From: Geobacter sulfurreducens PCA
GTDB taxonomy: Bacteria; Desulfobacterota; Desulfuromonadia; Geobacterales; Geobacteraceae
Direction of reading: 5' to 3'
NCBI RefSeq assembly: GCF_000007985.2
Contig: NC_002939.5
Coordinates: forward strand, 1,620,001-1,652,000
Length of the DNA: 32,000 nucleotides
The translations under genes and the position numbers were made by a program. Below, one piece after another: positions 17,808 to 26,399 of this stretch. Each line of letters begins with the position of its first letter. The first letter of the stretch is position 1. A model generated the notes under the pieces. That model did not search any database and had not been told where the DNA came from. It saw nothing but the letters and a program-made list of their open reading frames with translations.

Positions 17808-19025
17808 ATGCCCAAGTTCAACTGGGAAGCAAGAAGCAGGACCGGTTCCGTTCAGAAGGGGGTCATGGAGGCGGCCAGCGCAGCCGCCGTGGAGGCCCAG
17901 CTCAAAAAATACGGCTTCGGCAGCATTTCCATAAAGGAAGAGGGAAAAGGCCTCTCCATGGAGATCAAGCTTCCCGGCTTTGCCCCCAAGGTGGAAACCA
18001 AGGATCTCGTGGTATTCACGCGGCAGTTCGCCACCATGATCGACTCAGGCCTGCCTTTGGTGCAATGCCTTGACATCCTCTCCAGCCAACAGGAAAACAA
18101 AACCTTCAAGGATGTTCTCATTAGGGTCAAGGAGTCGGTTGAAGGGGGCTCAACCTTTGCTGATGCTCTGTCCAAGCATCCCAAGGTCTTTGACCAGCTC
18201 TATGTGAACCTGGTGGCTGCTGGCGAGGTCGGCGGCATCCTCGACACAATCCTGAACCGTCTTGCCGCCTATATCGAAAAAGCGATGAAACTCAAGAAGC
18301 AGGTCAAGGGGGCCATGGTCTATCCGACAACGATCATGGCAATTGCCGTCATCGTCGTCGGCGTCATTCTGATATTCGTCATTCCGACTTTTGCCAAGAT
18401 GTTCCAGGAGTTTGGCGGAGAACTGCCTGGGCCGACCAAGTTTGTCATCAATCTCAGTAATTTCATTGTTAAATACATTCTCCTGATTATCGGCCTTATC
18501 TTTGCCCTTATCGTCGGATTCAAAAAGTATTACGCCACAACCGGCGGCAGAAAAAAAATAGACGCCTTTGCCCTCAAAGCACCCATTGCCGGACCAATCA
18601 TCAAGAAGGTGTCCGTTGCCCGGTTTACCCGGACCCTTGGAACCCTCATCTCCAGTGGGGTGCCGATCATGGACGGGCTCGAGATCGTTGCCAAGACCGC
18701 CGGCAACAAGGTGGTGGAGGAGGCGGTGTACAAGGTCCGGCAGGCCATTTCGGAAGGTAAGACCATGGCCGAGCCGCTCCAGGAGTGTGGCGTCTTCCCC
18801 CCCATGGTCGTGCAGATGATCTCCGTGGGCGAGGCCACCGGTGCCATGGATGCCATGCTGAGCAAGATCGCCGATTTCTACGATGATGAAGTGGACGAGG
18901 CCGTGAGTGCCATGACCGCCCTGATGGAGCCGATGCTGATGGTGTTTCTCGGCACCACTGTCGGCGGTCTCGTCATTGCCATGTACCTGCCGATCTTCAA
19001 GCTTGCGGGAACTGTTGGCGGCTAA
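17808..19025 (+). CDS. pilC: Type IV pilus platform protein PilC (two T2SSF domains)
   Basis: 405 aa with a duplicated T2SSF architecture. Typical segments are FTRQFATMIDSGLPLVQCL and FTRTLGTLISSGVPIMDGL. It has three TM segments. Confidence 0.95.
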   Translation: MPKFNWEARSRTGSVQKGVMEAASAAAVEAQLKKYGFGSISIKEEGKGLSMEIKLPGFAPKVETKDLVVFTRQFATMIDSGLPLVQCLDILSSQQENKTFKDVLIRVKESVEGGSTFADALSKHPKVFDQLYVNLVAAGEVGGILDTILNRLAAYIEKAMKLKKQVKGAMVYPTTIMAIAVIVVGVILIFVIPTFAKMFQEFGGELPGPTKFVINLSNFIVKYILLIIGLIFALIVGFKKYYATTGGRKKIDAFALKAPIAGPIIKKVSVARFTRTLGTLISSGVPIMDGLEIVAKTAGNKVVEEAVYKVRQAISEGKTMAEPLQECGVFPPMVVQMISVGEATGAMDAMLSKIADFYDDEVDEAVSAMTALMEPMLMVFLGTTVGGLVIAMYLPIFKLAGTVGG

Positions 19026-20681
19026 ATGATGAAGGAAAGCCGGCGCGTTGTCTGGTTCATCCTTGCCCGGATGATTGTGGTGTCACTGTTTCTGGTGTCC
19101 ACCATCATCCTGAGAATGAAGGGGACCGGCCCCTTGGGTGTGCATGCCCTCGAGGGGATAACGAAGATCGTAGTGGCCACCTACGGCTTCTCGATAGTGT
19201 CCCTTCTTTTCCTCAGGGTTACCGCGCGCTACGATCAGACCGTTACCTATTTCCAGATCATCTGGGACATCCTCTTCGTGACACTGCTGATCCTTTTTAC
19301 CGGCGGCGTCACGAGCCCCTTTTCCTTCCTGTATCTGCTCGCCATAACCAGCGCCAGCGTGCTGCTCGCCCGTCGGGAAGCCCTCTATACGGCATCCCTC
19401 TGCGCCATCATTTATGGCGCCATTATGGATTTGCAGTATTTCGGCAGGCTGGTTGACCTGGGGCTCAGTCCCGTGCCGGCGCAGAAGCTGGGCACCACGT
19501 ACATCTTTTATACGATTTTTCTCAATATCATCGCCTTTTGCTCCACCGCGCTCCTCACCGGCTACCTGGCGGAACGGGCGCGTCGCAGCGAAACCGAGCT
19601 TGAACAGAAGGCCATCGACTATGACGAGCTCGAACGTCTCAACAGCACTATCGTCTCGAATCTGAACAGCGGACTCATTACCGTCACGGGCGATGGGAGG
19701 ATCCGGGTCTTCAACCGGTACGCCGAGGCCCTTACCGGTATCGGCCTTGCCGAGGCCTATGACTGCCACCTGTTCGACGTGTTGCCGGGATTCCGTGTCT
19801 ACGCGGATGTGCTTGCCAACGTCAAAAGAGGTGAGTTCGAGTTCATTGCCAAGATGGGAAGGAAGCTTACCATCGGCTTCAGCAGCGTGCCGCTCATGTT
19901 GAAAGACAGCGACGCAGCCGGTATCCTGCTCAATTTCCAGGATGTAACCCAGGTCAGGAGGATGGAGGAAAGCCTCAAGAAGTCTGACCGGTTGGCAGCC
20001 ATTGGCGAGCTTTCCGCCCGGATTGCCCACGAGATCCGCAACCCTCTGGCCGCCATCAGCGGGTCGACCCAGCTCATTGCCCAGGGGGGAGCCGTGTCCG
20101 ACCCCGACCGGCGCCTCTTCGACATCGTCCTGAGGGAAACGGACCGGCTCAACGGCCTGATCAGCGATTTTCTCGCCTATGCCCGCCCCAACCAGCCCGA
20201 GCCGCGGCCGGTTGATTTCCATTCACTCGTGGCGGAACTGGCAGCGCTCGTCACGTCCGACGAGCGGTTCGAGGGTGTTGTGATCGACAACCGGGTCGAC
20301 AGTACGTTCAGGCCGTTGCTGGACCCGGATCAGTTTCGCCAGGTTCTCTGGAACCTGATGGGCAATGCCGCAGGGGCCATGCCCGATGGCGGGACTATCA
20401 CGGTGGAGGCTGGCCAATCCGACGAGATTCGCGGCGGCGGGCAGCGGCGCATCACCTATCGTATTTCGGTTGCCGACACCGGCCTCGGCATGGACGAAGC
20501 CACCGTAGCCCGTATTTTCGAACCGTTTTTCACCACCAAGTCCACTGGTACCGGCCTCGGTCTCGCAACCGTCCACCGGATTGTGGAGGCCCACGGCGGC
20601 AGGATTGCCGTTGAAAGTACGCCGGGTAAAGGCACTATGTTCGTCATCTTTCTGCCGACTCCCCCATCCAGCGGAGAGTAG
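19026..20681 (+). CDS. pilS: Sensor histidine kinase PilS (polytopic N-terminus, PAS, HisKA, HATPase)
   Basis: The N-terminus has about 6 TM segments. The H-box is HEIRNPLAAISGS. The N, G1 and G2 boxes are LWNLMGNA, DTGLGM and GTGLGLA. The start abuts the pilC stop (TAAATG). Confidence 0.9.
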   Translation: MMKESRRVVWFILARMIVVSLFLVSTIILRMKGTGPLGVHALEGITKIVVATYGFSIVSLLFLRVTARYDQTVTYFQIIWDILFVTLLILFTGGVTSPFSFLYLLAITSASVLLARREALYTASLCAIIYGAIMDLQYFGRLVDLGLSPVPAQKLGTTYIFYTIFLNIIAFCSTALLTGYLAERARRSETELEQKAIDYDELERLNSTIVSNLNSGLITVTGDGRIRVFNRYAEALTGIGLAEAYDCHLFDVLPGFRVYADVLANVKRGEFEFIAKMGRKLTIGFSSVPLMLKDSDAAGILLNFQDVTQVRRMEESLKKSDRLAAIGELSARIAHEIRNPLAAISGSTQLIAQGGAVSDPDRRLFDIVLRETDRLNGLISDFLAYARPNQPEPRPVDFHSLVAELAALVTSDERFEGVVIDNRVDSTFRPLLDPDQFRQVLWNLMGNAAGAMPDGGTITVEAGQSDEIRGGGQRRITYRISVADTGLGMDEATVARIFEPFFTTKSTGTGLGLATVHRIVEAHGGRIAVESTPGKGTMFVIFLPTPPSSGE

Positions 20682-20714
20682 GCAATCAGTCAGTAACCGC
20701 CAGAAGGGACTATC

Positions 20715-22091
<1,377 letters not shown>

Positions 22092-22100
22092 AGAGGAGCC

Positions 22101-22134
22101 AGTGACGAAAATCGTCAGACACAAGTGACGAAAT
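22101..22134. promoter_or_regulatory. Candidate enhancer (PilR UAS): direct repeat AGTGACGAAA x2 plus inverted repeat TGACGA-aaa-TCGTCA
   Basis: AGTGACGAAA occurs at 22101-22110 and 22124-22133, a 23-bp period. The palindrome TGACGAAAATCGTCA is at 22103-22117. GACAC, the complement of GTGTC, is at 22118-22122. The whole element lies about 85-115 bp upstream of the -24/-12 promoter. Confidence 0.4.
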
Positions 22135-22202
22135 AGGTGGTGAAGGGGTAGGTTGAAGCGGTTGCGTTGTGTAACGTGCTGAAATTGTAGCCATGTATAA
22201 GT

Positions 22203-22218
22203 TGGTTCGGCTTTTGCT
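22203..22218 (+). promoter_or_regulatory. Sigma54 (-24/-12) promoter of pilA
   Basis: The sequence is TGGTTCGGCTTTTGCT. GG is at 22204-22205 and GC at 22216-22217, which is exact GG-N10-GC spacing with a TTGC -12 element. A GAFTGA-type activator, PilR, is encoded immediately upstream. Confidence 0.7.
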
Positions 22219-22310
22219 ATGTTCACGATAACGTTTAAGGATTAAACGGATAATTGGCCAATTACCCCCATACCCCAACACAAGCAGCAAAAAGAAGAAA
22301 GGAGACACTT

Positions 22311-22526
22311 ATGCTTCAGAAACTCAGAAACAGGAAAGGTTTCACCCTTATCGAGCTGCTGATCGTCGTTGCGATCATCGGTATTCTCGCTGCAATTGCG
22401 ATTCCGCAGTTCTCGGCGTATCGTGTCAAGGCGTACAACAGCGCGGCGTCAAGCGACTTGAGAAACCTGAAGACTGCTCTTGAGTCCGCATTTGCTGATG
22501 ATCAAACCTATCCGCCCGAAAGTTAA
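22311..22526 (+). CDS. pilA: Truncated type IVa pilin PilA-N. The prepilin is 71 aa and the mature protein 61 aa. An in-frame upstream TTG at 22254 would give a 90-aa long isoform.
   Basis: The class III signal is MLQKLRNRKG|FTLIELLIVVAIIGILAAIAIPQF. The mature sequence ends ...ADDQTYPPES with no globular beta-sheet domain. A strong RBS, AAAGGAGA, lies 5 nt before the ATG at 22311. The protein matches the G. sulfurreducens PilA sequence as I remember it. Confidence 0.95.
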   Translation: MLQKLRNRKGFTLIELLIVVAIIGILAAIAIPQFSAYRVKAYNSAASSDLRNLKTALESAFADDQTYPPES

Positions 22527-22553
22527 TTGATTAAATACATACTGGAGGAAACC

Positions 22554-22928
22554 ATGAAAAAGATCATTACTATAGTTGCTATGTTGCTCGCAATGCAGGG
22601 AATAGCCATTGCCGCCGGGAAAATTCCTACAACAACGATGGGTGGCAAGGACTTTACTTTCAAACCTTCTACTAACGTGAGTGTTTCCTACTTCACTACG
22701 AACGGTGCAACTTCTACCGCGGGAACTGTCAATACCGATTATGCTGTCAATACCAAAAACTCTTCTGGTAACCGGGTGTTCACCTCAACCAATAATACAT
22801 CTAACATCTGGTACATCGAAAATGATGCATGGAAAGGTAAGGCAGTTTCAGATAGCGATGTTACCGCCTTGGGAACCGGTGACGTAGGCAAGTCTGATTT
22901 TTCTGGTACCGAGTGGAAGTCGCAGTAG
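22554..22928 (+). CDS. pilA-C: PilA-C: secreted S/T/N-rich beta-type protein that stands in for the missing pilin globular domain
   Basis: The ATG at 22554 is preceded by GGAGGA. It has a Sec-type signal peptide (MKKIITIVAMLLAMQGIAIAAG), not a class III signal. The mature part is T/S/N-rich (VSVSYFTTNGATSTAGTVNTDYAVNTKNSSGNRVFTSTNNTSNIWYIE). It begins 27 nt after the pilA-N stop, in the same frame. Confidence 0.85.
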   Translation: MKKIITIVAMLLAMQGIAIAAGKIPTTTMGGKDFTFKPSTNVSVSYFTTNGATSTAGTVNTDYAVNTKNSSGNRVFTSTNNTSNIWYIENDAWKGKAVSDSDVTALGTGDVGKSDFSGTEWKSQ

Positions 22929-22953
22929 TCATATCGGATAACTGATTGAAAAA

Positions 22954-22980
22954 GGGGGGCATGTTTATGCCCCCCTTTTT
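22954..22980 (+). terminator. Rho-independent terminator after pilA-C, with bidirectional architecture
   Basis: The stem is GGGGGGCAT-gttt-ATGCCCCCC, a perfect 9-bp stem with a 4-nt loop. It is followed by TTTTT and preceded by AAAAA. Confidence 0.85.
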
Positions 22981-22995
22981 CAATCATGAGCTTTT

Positions 22996-24744
22996 ATGAA
23001 TAAAAAGATAAAATCCATCAATGATTTAAACCGCGGTGCAACATCTGGTGATGACTTGTTGGATTGGGTCAGTCTCGTAGTTGTCGGAATAGTTGTTACA
23101 CTTGCGTATTTGCCGGCTCTTACATCTGGTTTCTTGAGTCTTGACGATATTGCTCTCGTCAAGACATTCATGACTTCTGAAATATCGTTGAAGTCTCTTT
23201 TTGTCGGCGCAAGTGGCGACTATTTCAGGCCGATTACCATACTGTCCTACTTCCTGGATGTCAAGGCGGGAGATGCGGATCCACTTATCTCTCACATTCT
23301 TAATGTTGGATTGCATCTTTTTAACACGTTCCTTGTATTTGTATTGTCTCGTGCTTATCTGAACAAAGTTACCGATTCCAGATGGCCCTCTCTCGCGGCC
23401 GCTCTTATTTTCGGTCTTTCCCCGCTCAATACGGAATCTGTGGTGTGGGTTTCAGGAAGAACCGACTTGCTCTGTTGTTTCTTTTTTTTACTTAGCCTTA
23501 ATCTTATCATCGCTAAGAATACTTTTCCTCAGTTGTTGACTGCCGGAGCCATCAGTATTTGTTTTCTCTGTTCTCTCCTGGCTAAAGAATCTTCAATTGC
23601 TCTTTTGGGAATAGTTCCATTTTTTCTGTGGTCAGGGCAAAATTCTGGTATGGGAAGCAGGCGGTTTCTGGTCCTGATTGCAATGGGAAGTGCTCTCGCA
23701 GCTTATCTTATTCTGAGATTTGGAATAGATTTTTCCGTTGATAACGGTGTCGCAAAAGTAGTTGAAGGGGGAAAAACAAAGAGCATCAGCATGTTGTTAT
23801 ATGAAAGCATCGTTGCAATGGGATTTTATTTCAGCAAGCTATTGTGGCCATTTCCTCTTAATTTTGCCATAGTGTCGATTAATCGGCCGTTATCTGCCGT
23901 AATCGCCTTTGCCGGCATTTTTTCGTTGAGTTGTCTTTACCTTCGAGTTGCCATTACTCGCTTACCTATTCTCATTATGGTCATGTGTATAATCCCACCA
24001 ATTATGGCAATACATGGGAAACTTGCGTGGACTCCCTATGCCGAGAGGTACCTCTATCTCCCCATGGTTGGGTTCGCGATGTTTGCTGGATGGGCAGTGA
24101 CTCAATTGCCTAAGAGGCTAGCCTCTTTTGCGGTGATCGCATTACTTCTTCTTGCGTTTCCAACCCTCTCGCGAGCAGTAATTTGGTCAAATTCAGAAGT
24201 TTTCTGGCGTGAGACAATAGAAAAGTCTCCCGAATTTCCCCGAAGTTACGTCGGTTATGCGGCAGAGCTAATAAAGCTAAGGCGGTATGATGAGGCTGAA
24301 CAGAACCTGAAGCGCGCTCTTGACATGAAATATGAGACATATTTTGTATGGCAGAATCTGGCAACTATTTATCAGGAGCGCGGTGATCATTCTCAATACG
24401 AGAATGCCATGTTGCGCGCAATCTCACTCTCCAAAACACCGACAGAGTTATACATAAAGCTGATCCAGAATCTCCTTTGGCACGGAACTAAGAGCGAAAA
24501 CTCCCGGAAAGCCTACCAAAAAGCTGCAAACTATTATCTGCTCGCGTATGAGAAGGATAAGAATTTCGGAGAAGGTTTATATAATGCGGCCAAACTCTAT
24601 TTGATCCTTGGTGATCAACGCAAGGCACGTTGTTATTTCGAGCTCTTTCTGGCTCATCCGGGAGACAGCCTTTATAGGCCAGCTGCCAGGAAAATGCTGG
24701 ATAAAATAGTAACACATGATAATCTTGGTGGAGCTGCCATATGA
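22996..24744 (+). CDS. TMTC-like GT-C-fold glycosyltransferase: polytopic N-terminal domain plus C-terminal TPR repeats
   Basis: 582 aa. The first-loop acidic motif is GFLSLDDIALV (DD at codons 50-51). It is followed by YFRPITILSY and HILNVGLHLFN, about 11 TM segments, and C-terminal TPR-like repeats (YDEAEQNLKRALDM..., GDQRKARCYFELFL). Confidence 0.6.
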   Translation: MNKKIKSINDLNRGATSGDDLLDWVSLVVVGIVVTLAYLPALTSGFLSLDDIALVKTFMTSEISLKSLFVGASGDYFRPITILSYFLDVKAGDADPLISHILNVGLHLFNTFLVFVLSRAYLNKVTDSRWPSLAAALIFGLSPLNTESVVWVSGRTDLLCCFFFLLSLNLIIAKNTFPQLLTAGAISICFLCSLLAKESSIALLGIVPFFLWSGQNSGMGSRRFLVLIAMGSALAAYLILRFGIDFSVDNGVAKVVEGGKTKSISMLLYESIVAMGFYFSKLLWPFPLNFAIVSINRPLSAVIAFAGIFSLSCLYLRVAITRLPILIMVMCIIPPIMAIHGKLAWTPYAERYLYLPMVGFAMFAGWAVTQLPKRLASFAVIALLLLAFPTLSRAVIWSNSEVFWRETIEKSPEFPRSYVGYAAELIKLRRYDEAEQNLKRALDMKYETYFVWQNLATIYQERGDHSQYENAMLRAISLSKTPTELYIKLIQNLLWHGTKSENSRKAYQKAANYYLLAYEKDKNFGEGLYNAAKLYLILGDQRKARCYFELFLAHPGDSLYRPAARKMLDKIVTHDNLGGAAI

Positions 24745-25532
24745 CACAAATAATCGTACTGTCTGTCAAAGGTATTATAAGGGATAGAGTGCTGCATGGA
24801 GTAGGTATAGTTTCGTTGTTTTTACTCTTTATCCCCTCCCTTAGCTCACTGTCCATGCGACAGGTGGCTGAATTATCAATAACACTTTCGCTTTCATTCA
24901 TATCATTCCTGCTGGTTGTGTTGTCAATCTTTCTTGGCGGAACTCAACTGTGGAAGGATATCGAACGGCGCTACACTTTCAGCGTTCTGAGTCTTCCCGT
25001 CAGCCGGACCAGTTACCTGCTTGGGAAATATGCGGCGGTGGCATGCTTTATTGCTACAGTCTGCGGTATTCTGCTGTGTGCATCACTCGCCGTCATCATG
25101 ATCTCCTCAACCACGCATGCGCCTGATCGGCCTGTGGCCTGGGATGCCATCGTATTGTGCGTTCTATTCGACGCCATGAAAGCACTTCTTCTTGTTGCGT
25201 TCGCTTTCCTGTTCTCGACGGTGAGCACCTCGCTCTTTCTTCCTATCTTCGGAACCATCGCTATATATTTTGCCGGTAATGCCAGCCAGCAGGTCTATGA
25301 GTACATTACGGCCGGCGGGGGACAGCAGCTTCCAGAGATTATGAGGCTAACGACCAAGATCCTGTACTACGTTCTCCCAAATCTGAGTGCCTTTGACCTG
25401 AAAACTTACGCCATTTATTCCGTGCCTCTTGACCTGCAGGGACTTGCCACCACTAGCGCTTACTTCGTTGTTTACACAGCGATTGTCCTCCTCTGCGCCT
25501 CCATGATCTTCAGCCGCAAGGAAATGAACTGA
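24741..25532 (+). CDS. ABC-2-type transporter permease (NosY/GldF-like six-TM protein)
   Basis: 263 aa with six hydrophobic segments. The N-terminal motif is VKGIIRDRVLHG. There is an ATGA overlap with the upstream gene, and an ABC ATPase gene lies two genes downstream. Confidence 0.6.
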   Translation: MTQIIVLSVKGIIRDRVLHGVGIVSLFLLFIPSLSSLSMRQVAELSITLSLSFISFLLVVLSIFLGGTQLWKDIERRYTFSVLSLPVSRTSYLLGKYAAVACFIATVCGILLCASLAVIMISSTTHAPDRPVAWDAIVLCVLFDAMKALLLVAFAFLFSTVSTSLFLPIFGTIAIYFAGNASQQVYEYITAGGGQQLPEIMRLTTKILYYVLPNLSAFDLKTYAIYSVPLDLQGLATTSAYFVVYTAIVLLCASMIFSRKEMN

Positions 25533-26386
25533 TGAAAGGGAAGGCGCTGGCACTACTGCTGCTCATTGGTTTGTACGGCGTTGTCATGGTGCCGTTCACC
25601 GACCACATGAGGGGGCGTCCCTTTGTGGAAAAACTGGGATACCTCCCGGCGAGCGATGCCCTCAAGGTGCTTGTTGCCGATCAGAAGCAGTCTGTTGGGG
25701 CTTCGCTCATTATGAAGGTCATGATGTATTTTGGCGGCAAGGTGAGCGGTGGCAACCTGAAAGTTACGACTGACGTCGACTACAAGGCCATGTCGAGGAC
25801 TGTCCATGCCGCTCTTAAGCTTGACCCGTACAATATGGATGGATATTACTTTGCTCAGGCAATTTTGGTATGGGATGTAAAGCAATATCGTCTTGCCAAT
25901 GATCTGTTGGAATACGGGATGAAGTACCGCACTTGGGACTGGTATCTGCCTTTTTTTGCCGGGTTTAACTATGCATTTTTCCTGAAGGATTACCCTAATG
26001 CCGCCAGAATGTACATGCGAGCCGGAGATCTGTCCGGTGAACCTCTGTTCAAGAAACTGGCCGGGCGGTACCTGCAGCAATCAGGTCAGACTGAAATAGC
26101 AATCGCGTATCTGACGACCATGGAGAAGGGGGCACGGGATAAAGCGGTCAAGGAGTCATTTCGTATTCGGCTCACCGCGTTTAGACGTGTCTTGTTGATC
26201 GAGAAAGCCCGTGACGGGTTTATTGCCGAACATGGCAGGCTTCCGTCAAGTGTGGAGGAGATGTTAGCGAAGGGATACCTGAAATCAATCCCTGCAGATC
26301 CCTATGGTGGCAAGTTCTACCTTGAGCCCACCGGGGATGTGAGCACTACCAGCAAATTTGCATTTGCAGGAGTTCAGAATAACTGA
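25532..26386 (+). CDS. Membrane-anchored periplasmic helical-repeat protein with a GspG/pseudopilin-like C-terminal motif
   Basis: 284 aa with an N-terminal anchor or signal (ALALLLLIGLYGVVMV) and a TPR-like middle region. The C-terminus reads FIAEHGRLPSSVEEMLAKGYLKSIPADPYGGKFYLEP. The TGATG junction overlaps the permease stop by 1 nt. Confidence 0.5.
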   Translation: MKGKALALLLLIGLYGVVMVPFTDHMRGRPFVEKLGYLPASDALKVLVADQKQSVGASLIMKVMMYFGGKVSGGNLKVTTDVDYKAMSRTVHAALKLDPYNMDGYYFAQAILVWDVKQYRLANDLLEYGMKYRTWDWYLPFFAGFNYAFFLKDYPNAARMYMRAGDLSGEPLFKKLAGRYLQQSGQTEIAIAYLTTMEKGARDKAVKESFRIRLTAFRRVLLIEKARDGFIAEHGRLPSSVEEMLAKGYLKSIPADPYGGKFYLEPTGDVSTTSKFAFAGVQNN

Positions 26387-26399
26387 AGAGGGGAATTTC

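Noticed and set aside
22681-22887. 68-aa alternative-frame ORF inside pilA-C, and an 82-aa antisense ORF at 22739-22987.
   Set aside because: Both are embedded in a gene with an RBS, a signal peptide and a known product. Neither has independent start signals.
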